Positions 51,306-62,630 are shown, counted from the stretch's first letter. The stretch is 64,000 bases of DNA from Octopus sinensis (GCF_006345805.1 NC_042998.1:195734001-195798000), one strand, 5' to 3'. The notes: generated from the letters alone by a model not told the origin. Made by a program: numbers and translations.

Positions 51306-52039
51306 TTAACCCTTTCGTTACTGTATTTCTGTTGAGATGCTCTGTGTTTCTTTCAATTACTTTAAATATAACAAAGAATTTAGTAAAATAACTTAGTTAC
51401 CATTAAGCTAGTGTTGGGAACATAAATTGTGACTAAGGTTTGGTGGAAGATTTTAATTCAAAACTTATGAAAACAAGACATTTGTACTACAGAGCCAGAA
51501 TCGGTTTCAGCCAGGTTGGTATCAAAAGGGTTAAGAATTGTTTCTCTATTATATATTTTAACCCTTTCGTTACCATATTTCTGTTGAGATGCTCTGTGTT
51601 TCTTTCAATTACTTTAAATATAACAAAGAATTTAGTAAAATAACTTAGTTACCATTAAGCTAGTGTTGGGAACATAAATTGTGACTAAGGTTTGGTGGAA
51701 GATTTTAATTCAAAACTTATGAAAACAAGACATTTGTACTACAGAGCCAGAATCGGTTTCAGCCAGGTTGGTATCAAAAGGGTTAAGAATTGTTTCTCTA
51801 TTATATATTTTAACCCTTTCGTTACCATATTTCTGTTGAGATGCTCTGTGTTTCTTTCAATTACTTTAAATATAAAAAAAGAATTTAGTAAAATAACTTA
51901 GTTATCATTCAGCTAGTGTTTAGGAACATAAATTGTGACTGAGGTTTGGTGGAAGATTTTAATTCAAAACTTATGAAAACAAGACATTTGTACTCAGAGT
52001 CAGAGGCAATTTCAGTCGGGTTGGTATCAAAAGTAGTAA
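51306..52039. mobile_element. Three tandem piggyBac-type MITEs (about 229 bp each, period 252 bp)
   Basis: TTAA|CCCTTT ... AAAGGG|TTAA at 51306-51534 and 51558-51786; third copy from 51810 with a decayed right end. Confidence 0.85.
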
Positions 52040-52329
52040 GCTGCTGAAATGCGATTCCACATGCAGCTGCAATCGCTAATGTTTCTCGCAATTATATCTC
52101 GCTCTGCAAAATTGTTTCCGTGGAGGAATTATGCTTAAACCTAGATTGTACATCATAAAACAATGGCTGTTTGTTAGCATTACAAGTATACAGCAGTTGA
52201 AGATTGTGATGGATGTGAATTCTGGTAAAGAAGCTGGTAGATGGATAGACAGACAGACAGACAGACACATAGATATGCATCTTAATTTGTGTGTGTGTGT
52301 GCATGTGCATATGTGTACATGCATGTATA

Positions 52330-52713
52330 TCTCTCTCTATATAAACGGCAGTTTGTCTGTGCGTGTTTCTGTGTGTCTGTTTGCTTGTACCCTCACCCTG
52401 ACCACGGCTTTCAACCGATTCTGATGAAACTTGACACACACATAGCCCAATGTCATAATTCAAAACTAACGCAGCGAAAATTTTGAAAAGTTCCCCCAGT
52501 TCTGAAAAAAAATCGATAAATTCGACATGGGGTCGAGAATCAGAAACACAAACCGCAAACTGTCTAGGGGACGCAACTCCACCTTTTTTAACTAAAAAAA
52601 AAATTTACCATCATTTTTTTCCATTTTTTTGCTATTTTTTGGCTATAACTCTCTAAAAATGCTTTATAGTTATTTCCCTTACAAACCTGAGCAACGCTGG
52701 GCGATACTGCTAG
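52330..52713 (+). mobile_element. Non-autonomous Helitron
   Basis: A|TC 5' end, subterminal hairpin CCTGAGCAACGCTGGG, 3' CTAG|T, no TSD. Confidence 0.85.
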
Positions 52714-52802
52714 TATATATATATAATGCCAACACCAAAGTAATTCACGAGAATGTTCTATCATTTTCCAAGTACAAACAACATTTGTTAACACCTATTA
52801 AA

Positions 52803-52947
52803 TCATCATCATCATCATCATTTAGCGTCCGTTTTCCATGCTAGCATGGGTTGGACGGTTCTACTGGGGTCTGTGAAGCCAGAAGGCTTCATCAGGCCCA
52901 GTCAAATCTGGCAGTGTTTCTACGGCTGGATGCCCTTCCTAACGCCA
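52803..52947 (-). mobile_element. Family D 3' part
   Basis: (CAT)n-TTTAGCGTCCGTTTTCCATGCTAGCATGGG...GGATGCCCTTCCTAACGCCA. Confidence 0.8.
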
Positions 52948-54311
52948 CTTCAAGCCATTTCACATTATGCTGTAAAAACAAACAGTTTAGCCAATAAGTT
53001 TTCATAAAGATTGATTTCTTCATCATATTTCGATCGTGATGAAAATGGACTCATTGTCCTGGTACGATCACACAACCAGCATGGCTGTTTCTTAGCTTGT
53101 GAAGCTTTGAAAGATGGAACGTTTTCCATTTTCTTCCCTTTCTGTCTTCTTGTGCAGAACATAATTGTTGTCATGTTTACTAATAGAGCTGATATCATTA
53201 ATTGCTGCCGTTTGTACAGTTTAAAAGAGAAGAAGCTTTATTCTCTGAATATTACAAAGACAATAGAATTGTCAGCAGCGACTAGAAAATGGAAAACCAT
53301 TAGTTTATGGCAGTGATTCTCAGCCAGGGTTCAGTCCCACTGCATGGCACGTTGGGCAAGTGTCTTCTATTATAGCCTCAAGGTGACCAAAGCCTTGTGA
53401 ATGGATTTGGTAGACAGAAACTGAAAGTTGAAGTAAATTAACCAGAAGTGATAATTGGGACATCCCTTAATCTCCTGTAAACAATCTATGTAACATAACC
53501 CATAATTCAACAGGAACAATGCTATCACTTCCTGTCAGTTCTTTCACAGTAGATTACATTGCTCATATATAGCTGTAGTGGCTGTCATGCATTGACATAC
53601 AAGCCACTGAATTGCCTCCTCAATAGCGTTGTTCATTGCTGGGTTATAGAAGGTTTGGGACGAGGTACCTCAGCTGCTATTTCTCAAATACTTAAGCTAT
53701 CACTGGAAGGTAAAGCTATAGACAAATAGTTACCTGATGATACAGTATAATGAAGAAGTTCTGTTAATGAAATTAAAGGATTTCTTCAAATCTCTTTTGG
53801 TGATTCTGCTAAAATCGTTAAGAGTAACAGAAAATTAAGAAATCTTTGATTTAATGCTTCACAGAAAACACAAGAATGGAATTATTCTGTGGCACCAAAT
53901 AAACACTCAATGTAGAATCCCAGTGATCCCTTCCAGTCAATTTACTTTCATTTTTTTAGACCCCTAAAGTGCATTTTAATATAGAATAATATTAGTTTCA
54001 AATTTTATCTTTTTAGTATTTCTCTGGGATCCCAATCAAATAAAGGGAATCAAACTAATTGATTTGACCCTTCCACACACACACACACACACACCTTTCC
54101 AATTTGTTGGTAATCGATTTATAATAAAGAAGGGTCTCGCCTGGGGCCAGCGATTTCAGGGAAGCAGTTAAGTCAATTACATCAACCTCAATGCATAACT
54201 GGTACTTATTTTATTGTCCCCGAAAAGATGAACGGTTAAGTCAGCTTCAGTGGAATTTGAACTCAGAATGTGAAGATAATGGAAATGCCACAAAGTACTT
54301 TGTTTGATGTG

Positions 54312-54442
54312 CAGGGCTGGCTCAGGGTACCGGCAACTTGAGCTGTCAGTTTTTTTCCTTGTGAAAGTTTTTAAAAATTATATTTGTAAGGGTGCTGAAA
54401 TTCAGCTTGCCCAGGGCACCAGCAACCCTAGGGGCAGCCCTG
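54312..54442. mobile_element. hAT-type MITE, CpG-decayed copy of the 18448 family
   Basis: CAGGGCTGGC ... GGCAGCCCTG ends, shared internal TTTTTCCTTGTGAAAGTTTTTA. Confidence 0.7.
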
Positions 54443-54459
54443 ATGTATATATGTATCAT

Positions 54460-54710
54460 CATCATTTAACATCCGTTTTCCATGCTCTCGTGGGTTGGAC
54501 TAAGGACTGGCAAACCAGGAGGCTGCACTAGGCTTCAATCTGATCTGGCAGTGTTTCTACAGCTGGACGCCCTTTCTAATGCCAACCACTCTATGAGGAG
54601 TGTAGTGGGTGCTTTTTCTACGTGCCACTGGTACAGGAGCCAGTCAGGCGACACTGGCATCAGCCATATTTTGATGGTACTTTTTACGTGCCTCCAGCAC
54701 AGGAGCCAGT
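54460..54710 (-). mobile_element. Family D
   Basis: Reverse family D tail and centre. Confidence 0.75.
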
Positions 54711-55649
54711 ATATATGTATGTATATGTGTGTGTGTATGTATGTGTTGTATGTATATATGTGTATGTGTCTGTATGTATGTGTGTATATGTATGCATGTT
54801 TGTGTATGTGTGTGTGTATGTACATATGTGTGTGTATGCATGTGTGTTTGTATGTATGTGTGTGTATGTATGCATGTATGTGTGTGTGCATGTGTGTATG
54901 TCTGTATGTGTGTGTGTATGTATGTATATATGTATGTGTGTGTGTATGTCTGTATGTACATATGTATGTGTGTGTGTATGTATGTATGCATGCAGGGCTG
55001 GCTCAAGGTACCAGCAACCGGGTTGCCATGTGCTTTTTAGCCAACATTTTCAGTTTTTCTCCTTGTGAAAGTTTTAGAAAATTATACATGTAAGGGCGCC
55101 AACATTCGGCTTGCCATACTCTAGTATAGGTCTTCGTAGTGTCTCAGATATTTCATCTTTGCCCCCAATATGTCAACTCTTACTTAGCAACATTTCAAAT
55201 TGTGACCTGCACTCTAAGATGAGTGTTACTCATGCAAGCTGTACTTGAAGATGAGTCCGACTTGAGCTTCATTCATGGAGTGATACAGGGATATAGTTTG
55301 TATCATCCTGCAAGACAACGCGGCATTTTCTGGCATTTAGAAGAGTCGTGATGGTGCCCTGCTGTGACCAGAACCAACGAAACAGAAATGGGTCTTTTGA
55401 CATAAAGCATCAACAAAATTCTTACAAATCCTTAATTTTATATATATATTTTTTAAAACTTTTTTTTGACGTTTTGACAATCATAATCTTATCTATGTCA
55501 GGTACTACACCTGGAATTTTGTGTGGGAAAAGTATATCTATAATTCTGTGTGTGTGTGTCTGTGTGTATGTATCTCTCATGTATATTAGTATATGTGTGT
55601 GTGCTTACTCACACAAACATACATATATACACACACACATACATATATA

Positions 55650-55685
<36 letters not shown>

Positions 55686-55807
55686 AAGTAAGATAGGGGT
55701 TATGGGTGTAACCCACTTTGGGATATAATCTAACATTATAATATCTGTAGTTGATGAACAGACTAAATTTGTTACTCCATTTTCTTATTTGTATTATATA
55801 TACATAC

Positions 55808-55888
<81 letters not shown>

Positions 55889-56409
55889 TGTGTGTGTATG
55901 TATGAATATATGTATGTCTATGTATATAGTTATTATCAACAAGTCTCTGCTGACGTCATCGTGACACGCCCGACCCTCACCATTCCACTTATCAAAGACT
56001 TCTGTCAGAGGTTAAAGATTGCTGATCTGTTTAATTCAACTTCGGTCAAAACTGACAGAACCAGCAGATGCTGTCTGATTGCAAAGCTCTTTTTCATAAG
56101 AATCTGATTAAGGTTTGTCAGCAAAATAAATCTGCTTCCAACCAATATCTGGCGACACCAAACATTCTTCGTCTGTCTCAGCCTTTTTGTTTATCGTCAT
56201 ACTACGTTCGTTGTTGTTCTTGGAATTGTTCAGCCAAAGTCTGGAGGAAGCAATCATTTTGTTCCATGGCTAAGAAACTTGCTTTGCAGCCATGAGACTT
56301 TGGGTCCAGTTCCACTGCATGGCATCTTGGATAAGTGTCTTCTATTACATCCATGGTCTGACAAATTTCTTGTGAATGAATTTGGAAGCCCACTGAGTGT
56401 GTGTGTATG

Positions 56410-56458
<49 letters not shown>

Positions 56459-56509
56459 GTGTGTGTGTGTGTGTGTATGTATATATAGATATATACATAT
56501 ATATATTGG

Positions 56510-56752
56510 TGCGTAAAAAGCACCAACTGATTGCGGCGGTTGCCAGCCTCCTCTGGCCCCTGTGCCGGTGGCACATAAAAAGTACCCACTACACTCACGG
56601 AGTGGTTGGCGTTAGGAAGGGCATCCAGCTGTAGAGACACTGCCAGATCAGACTGGAGCCTGGTGCAGCCTTCTGGCTTGCCAGAACCTAGTCAAACCGT
56701 CCAACCCATGCTAGCATAGAAAACAGACATTAAACGATGATGATGATGATGA
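56510..56752 (+). mobile_element. Family D
   Basis: GTGCCGGTGGCAC hairpin, GGTTGGCGTTAGGAAGGGCATCCAG, CCCATGCTAGCAT, (GAT)n tail. Confidence 0.8.
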
Positions 56753-56820
56753 TATTGCCATGATTGACTGCTAACTCCAAAAGCTTTTTTTATTCTGTCT
56801 CTGTTTATTTTCTCATGTTC

Positions 56821-56856
56821 CTTTCTGTTGAAGAGCACAGGCTCAAAATGTAAAAG
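56821..56856 (+). ncRNA. Decayed hammerhead-like motif in a TA-flanked element (about 56760-56946)
   Basis: CUUU-CUGUUGA-A-GAGC-ACAG-GCUC-AAAAU-GUA-AAAG; stems I and II pair; AAAAUG fits CpG decay of GAAACG; A6 is U. Confidence 0.4.
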
Positions 56857-56947
56857 ACTTTCTCACTTTCCCGAGCGTCAAACTAATACACCTGCTTGTT
56901 GTTTACACACCCGTCTTCGTCTTTTGTTTTTCTGTAAATTTCAACTA

Positions 56948-57001
<54 letters not shown>

Positions 57002-57183
57002 CCTTAAGTCTAGTGCTTATTCTATCAGACTCTTAGACTGAACTGCTAAGTCATGGGTACAGAGACAAACCAACTCCAGTTGTCAAGCAAAGGCAGTTGG
57101 GGTGACAAACACAGACACAGTGACACATATACAGATAGACGTGTATGTATACATATATCTTAAGATAAATATGTATATATATA

Positions 57184-57237
57184 TCGTGAGTGCAATACCC
57201 TAACCACTAAGCCATGTCACCTTCACACACACATATG

Positions 57238-57272
<35 letters not shown>

Positions 57273-57313
57273 AAAGGTGACATGGCTTAGTGGTTAGGGT
57301 ATTGCACTCATGA
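57184..57313. repeat. Inverted duplication of a family C SINE head around a TA/CA microsatellite
   Basis: 40-bp arms 57184-57223 and 57274-57313 differ at one base; the right arm continues as the SINE to about 57480. Confidence 0.9.
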
Positions 57314-57804
57314 TTGCGAGATTGTGGGTTCAATTCCCCAGACCGGGCATTGCGTTGTGTTCTTGAGCAAAGCACTTTATTTCACGTTGCACTGTGATCA
57401 TTTCAACATCTTACATGTGGCACCCAGTTGCACCTGTACAGGTAATGTCGATCTGATGGAGGGAGTGAGCTTATGTCTAACACAAACATTTGATCCCTAT
57501 AAACAAATCATCCCCTTTTTCCTTCTGAATCTCTGTGCGTAACCGTGAAATTTACCTCTGAGTTTAGTATTCATATTAGATGACATTAACAACACATTGC
57601 TCAAATTTATTAAGCATGTCTCTCTCTCTCTCTTTCACTCACTCTCTCACTTTCTCTCTCTCACTCTCGTCTCCTCCCCACCATCGCTTGACAACCAGAT
57701 TTGTTTTGCTTGTGTTTCCATTTTGGCACAAAAGACCAATAAAAAAAAAGTACCGGAGATTATTTACATTTGACGGATATTTGTCCTCATCTTGTTTGTT
57801 GTTA

Positions 57805-57848
57805 ACACAACGTTTCAGCTGATATACCCTCCAGCCTTCATCAGGTGT
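57805..57848 (-). ncRNA. Minimal type I hammerhead ribozyme motif
   Basis: ACAC-CUGAUGA-A-GGCUG-GAGGGUAUAU-CAGCU-GAAAC-GUU-GUGU: canonical core, stem I ACAC/GUGU, 5-bp stem II, palindromic AACGUU. Confidence 0.75.
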
Positions 57849-57894
57849 CTTGAGGAAATTTCGAACCTGGGTTCTCATACCTAAGGTATTTTTT

Positions 57895-57964
57895 GATATG
57901 GCATATTGGTTAAGAATGCAGGCTACAAACCCCAAGATTCCTAGTTCGATTCCAAGCAGTGACC
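57895..57964 (+). promoter_or_regulatory. tRNA-derived Pol III promoter-like segment (not a functional tRNA)
   Basis: A-box-like TGGCATATTGG (57899-57909) and B-box GTTCGATTCC (57944-57953) at tRNA-like spacing. Confidence 0.6.
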
Positions 57965-58026
57965 TGAATAATAATAACGTCGGAAAATACCTTAGGAATG
58001 AGAACCCAGTCCGAAATTTCCCCAGA

Positions 58027-58070
58027 ACACCTGATGAAGGCTGGAGGGTATATCAGCTGAAATGTTGTGT
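58027..58070 (+). ncRNA. Minimal type I hammerhead motif, second arm
   Basis: ACAC-CUGAUGA-A-GGCUG-GAGGGUAUAU-CAGCU-GAAAU-GUU-GUGU; one C-to-T change at a CpG in stem III. Confidence 0.65.
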
Positions 58071-58492
58071 TAACAACAAACAAGATGAGGACAAATATCT
58101 GTCAAATGTAAATAATGTATTTGGACCCATTAAGTAAATTTCATTCCCACACCTTGCACAAATAGATAGAAAGAGGGCAGGAGAGAGGGAGAGAGTCATT
58201 AAATGTATTAATTGAACATAATTGGGATAAATGCTTTCCCTCTCCTCATAAAGAGAAATATACCCACACACATAAACAGAGAGAGTGTGATTGAAAGAGA
58301 GAGTGAGTGAGGTGGGTGGGGGAGGAAGAGAAGTAGAGAAACATTTAATGTCAAATAAGTCAGCATTGAATCAGTGACGTGAAATATGGTGTTGTGAAAT
58401 GACTGGGCCAAAACGTCTCCTGTGAATTTGAGGGAACTTGGGGAGGCAGGGTGAGCTCTGAGTTTTTATTGTGTGTTGGTTGACTTAAAGGG

Positions 58493-58905
58493 CGGCGAGC
58501 CGGCAGAAACGTTAGCACGCCAGGCGAAATGCATGGCTGTATTTCGCCTGCCGTTACGTTCTGAGTTCAAATTCCGCCGAGGTTGACTTTGCCTTTCATC
58601 CTTTCGGGGTCGATAACTTAGGTACCAGTTATGCACTGGGGTCGATGCAATCGACTTAATCTGTTTGTCTGTCCTTGTTTGTCCTCTCTGCGTTTAGCCC
58701 CTTGTGGGTAGTAAAGAAATAGGTATACCGCCTGTCTTTGCGTTCTGAGTTCAAATTCCGCCGAGGTCGACTTTGCCTTTCATCCTTTCGGGGTCAATAA
58801 CTTAGGTACCAGTTACGCACTGGGGTCGATGTAATCGACTTAATCCGTGTGTCTGTCCTTGTTTGTCCCCTCTGTGTTTCGCCCCTCATGGACAATAAAG
58901 AAATT
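58493..58905 (+). mobile_element. SINE family B dimer
   Basis: Head plus two monomers. Confidence 0.85.
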
Positions 58906-59195
58906 AAAGGTTCGCAACAGCAGCCTTGTAAAGCCATGTTAAGACAGGACATGAGTTGATTTATCTTTTCTTGCCACTAAGTCCATTGCATTCCATATGA
59001 AAGAGTATTTGCATGTGTGTCTTCACACACACACACACACACACACACAGATGGGTTGGAATCATAATGCAATGCATTAAGATGTTAAAAACAGACAATT
59101 AGAACAAAGAGAAACACCCTCCTTGGAGGGGTCAGGCCATACTACGACCCTGGCCATTTTCCATTCCAGTCACTTCCACTTCCAGGGAATCTTTT

Positions 59196-59592
59196 CTCTT
59201 TTACTTGTTTCAGTCATTTGACTGTGGCCATGCTGGAGCACCGCCTTTAGTCGAGCAAATCGACCCCAGGACTTATTCTTTGTAAGCCCAGTACTTATTC
59301 TATCGGTCTCATTTTGCCAAACTGCTAAGTTACAGGGGACGTAAACACACCAGCATCGGTTGTCAAGCAATGTTGGAGGGACAAACACAGACACACAAAC
59401 ACAAACACACACATATATACGTATACATATATAAGATGGGCTTCTTTCAGTTTCCGTCTACCAAATCCACTCACAAGGCTTTAGTCGGCCCGAGGTTATA
59501 GTAGAAGACACTTGACCAAGGTGCCAAGCAGTGGGACTGAACCCGGAACCATGTGGTTGGTAAGCAAGCTACTTACCACACAGCCACTCCTG
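59196..59592 (-). mobile_element. SINE family A, full length, fairly young
   Basis: Close to consensus with most CpGs retained. Confidence 0.85.
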
Positions 59593-59719
59593 CAGTAGTG
59601 AACACAATGTCTTCACTGAAGGTTCCCTGAACCAGGTTCTTTGTTTTAAGCTGAACCCAAAAAGGGTCTTATATCCACTAAACTATTGCCGCCCATAAAT
59701 ATGGTCTTTATCAAGAGCC

Positions 59720-59955
59720 TGGTGCCTTCGGTCACTTGGTACTCATCCCTTATTCTCTCGTTCACTCCCAGGTTTATTCTTCTCAATGTTTAGATCACAC
59801 AGGTTGTTGTGCTTTCAATATTCAGAGAACATATTGTGACCACATCATTCTCCAGTTACCTCGTTTCAGATATATACCCACAATGATACTCCGAGTATCG
59901 ATCTTTCCATGGCCCTCACTGTCGTGGCCAATCCTTATTCTTCCTTCTTCATAGA
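59720..59955 (-). mobile_element. RTE LINE remnant, same family as 26920-27320
   Basis: KKEE*GLATTVRAMERSILGVSLW..I*NEV. Confidence 0.55.
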
Positions 59956-60139
59956 TGTCCACATTTCATTTTTGTATAAGAATGCAAGTAGGATGGTGCA
60001 AGAGAAAAATTTGGCACAGAGAATCTTGTCCAGGTGTGCTATTAGTATTTAATTAATCAAGGCAAACACACCTACCATATTCTTATTCAGCAAGAAATGT
60101 CAGTGTTCATACCTGGAAATATATTCAACATCCAAAATC

Positions 60140-60728
60140 AAAATCAAATTCGATGACTGGCATCCGTGCTAGCGGGTCGCAAAGAGCACCATATGAGCGG
60201 GATCGCTGACAGAGCGGCTAACTGGCTTCTGTGCCAATGGCACATAAAAGGCACCATTCGAGTGTGATCGTTACCAGCGTCGCCCTACAGGCACTCGATC
60301 CCCATGCTAGTAGGGTGCTAAGAGCACCATCCAAGCATGATCGTTGCCAGAGTGGCTTTCTGGCCTCCGTGCCGGTGGCACATGAAAGACACCATTCGAG
60401 CGTGATTGTTACCAGTGTCGCCTTACTGGCACTCAAGTCCCACCTTGATAAAGGTGACACAAAAGTGCTGCTAATCAGCGCTGCCCCGACTGGCCTCCGT
60501 GCCGGTGGCACATAAAAGCACCATCCGTTCGTGTCCGTTTCCAGCCTCGTGTGGCACGTAAAAAGCACTCACTACACTCGCGGAGTGGTTGGCATTAGGA
60601 AGGGCATCCAGCCGTAGAAACCTTGACAGATCAGACTGGAGCCTGGTGCAGCCTCCTGGCTTCCCAGACCCCAGTTGAACCATCCAACCCATGCTAGCAT
60701 GGAAAACGGACGCTAAATGATGATGATG
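60140..60728 (+). mobile_element. Family D, longest copy, with internal tandem modules
   Basis: (AAAATC)n start, repeated GTGCC..GGCAC-AAAAGCACCA modules, then the standard family D centre and (GAT)n tail. Confidence 0.8.
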
Positions 60729-61200
60729 TACCAGCTGTGTTAGAGTGACCATTGTGGTCTACCAGGCTGTAGACCTACTTACATTCTCAATTGTTGGCCA
60801 CACCATGACCAGAAAATGTATTTTAACCAAGTGGTCAGTCCCGTTAAAAGTTGGTCCTCACTTCATCAGAAGTTCTCTCCATACAAAAAATGGAACTTAT
60901 TTCCCTCACACCCAGCAATTACACATACACATATTCGAGTGTGTGGCCTTAGCCGTGGGGTCACTTCGTTAATCTCAACTCTCGTTGATGATGATGATCC
61001 ACGCTCATCCATGTTCTTCAAAATCCCACCCTTCAACCTGTCTCTTCATCTCCATCTTTCTCCTTTGCTCCCTACACCTCACACTTACCCTCTCTTCATT
61101 CCACAACAGTCATCACTTGGATGCTGACATGATAGACAAGTGTCTCTTCAACCTTTTTACCCACTACAGTTCTATATTTAAGAGATGAGGAATTATGTGC

Positions 61201-61283
61201 ATTATTTACATTCAACGGATATTTGACCTATTAACAACAAGACGGGGACAAATATCCGTTGAATGTAAATAATGTAAATAATG
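61201..61283. mobile_element. Internally deleted relative of the 57759-58116 fold-back (outer arm ends only)
   Basis: ATTATTTACATTCAACGGATATTTGACC ... GGACAAATATCCGTTGAATGTAAATAAT. Confidence 0.75.
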
Positions 61284-61659
61284 CACTTTTTACCCTTGCA
61301 TAACCCTTAAAATAAACTTACATGTCTCAAAGAACTTCTGCACAAAAGAAAATTATATACCTTATTTTTCTCATATTTTTTTCAACATAGTTCATGTGGT
61401 AAATATCACGTGTGTGTGTGTGTGTGTGTACATAAATAATATATATATATATGTATATATATACATGCATATATGTGGGTACAGGACATCAAAAAAACGT
61501 GAACAAAATGAGAAACGAAAACATAAAAAAAACAAAAGCATGGAAAACAAACTTTTTGTTTGAACAACGAAAGAAACAAAAAGAGAAACGAGACAGGCAA
61601 CATAAAGAACAATCCCTTTATCAGTTGTCCCCTGTTTTATCTGCTCCCACAAAGTTATC

Positions 61660-62050
61660 AACCACCTCACCAACAACAACACTGAACACCTTTTTGATCT
61701 CCGTGTGTCTAACACACGTGGATATGCCTACAAAGTCAGAAAACAACACAGCTCCCATGACTTTCGGAAACATTTCTTCACGCTCAGAGTTGCTGAAGCA
61801 TGGAATAAACTGCTTGCGTCAGTTGTTGACTGCCATGACACTGCATCCTTTAAGGCCCTCATGCTTTCCGAAATCCGCCGAAACTACACCTGATTGTCCC
61901 CTTTCCATACTCATACACATATGTGTATGTCATGACTCATGCACTGTTCTTTTCCTGACGCTTGTACATTACCCTATGTACTATACATACACTTTAGATG
62001 AGTTGTAGTGCACCTGAGCACTGTACACAATGTTTTATTATTATTATTAT
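61660..62050 (+). mobile_element. CR1-clade LINE 3' end
   Basis: NTRGYAYKVRKQ...RKHFFTLRVAEAWNKL..SVV....SFK, then 3' UTR and (ATT)n tail. Confidence 0.85.
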
Positions 62051-62630
62051 CTATCTATCTATTTATCTAGCTAGCTAGCTATGTGTGTGTGTGTGTATAT
62101 TTAATGGCTGAGAGGGAAGTTATAGAATGTTGCTCTAACATTCACCTTTGATTGGAATGCTTCATACAGCAAAAACACTTGTAAGCTCATGGAACTGAGG
62201 ATATAACACCTGTTCTTTTATCAGCCTTTAGTTGAGATACAATAAAAGCTCTGTGTGTGTGTGTGTTCATATTATCCAACATGACCTTTACTGAAGATCT
62301 GGTGTGATTTCAGGTAAATTTGGCCGCTATTTCTAGCGTGTCTAGCAACCACATGTAGGTTCCTTAGGTAATGTATTAATCTTGTAATGATTCTAGGATC
62401 TAGAACTGTTCCTGACTAAACTAGAATTGTTGTTGTTGTTGTCATTGCAGTTTACCACTACCATTATTCCAACCACCAAAATATTAGGTGCCTTAGTTTT
62501 TGTCTGGTTTGTTTGTTTGATTGTTTGTATGTGTTAGTGTCTCCTCAGTTGTCTCAGAAACTATTAAAACTAATAAATCCTACATTCAGTCCTGTCCTCC
62601 CAAAATTTCTTCAATCAAGTTATTTAAATA

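Larger units (their letters stand above)
57759..58116. mobile_element. Fold-back element: inverted hammerhead arms flanking a tRNA-like core
   Basis: About 135-bp inverted arms 57759-57893 and 57983-58116. Confidence 0.85.

Noticed and set aside
51306-52039. Repeated ORFs MVEDFNSKLMK...
   Set aside because: By-product of the tandem MITE copies.
52965-53900. Host coding exons (ORFs 52965-53198 and 53011-53316; GLGRGTSAAI segment)
   Set aside because: No recognisable family, in-frame stops and no convincing splice sites; may be an unidentifiable decayed transposon.
55920-56230. Coding exon in unique intronic sequence
   Set aside because: Stops in the candidate frames, no clear acceptor/donor pair, no motif recognised.
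57895-57964. Possible tRNA gene
   Set aside because: A and B boxes are present but acceptor and anticodon stems do not pair properly; treated as a tRNA-derived promoter. The same applies to all SINE heads.
61450-61650. Hammerhead in a TA-adjacent repeat (CUGAUAAAGGG on the minus strand)
   Set aside because: No GAAA or stem III follows.
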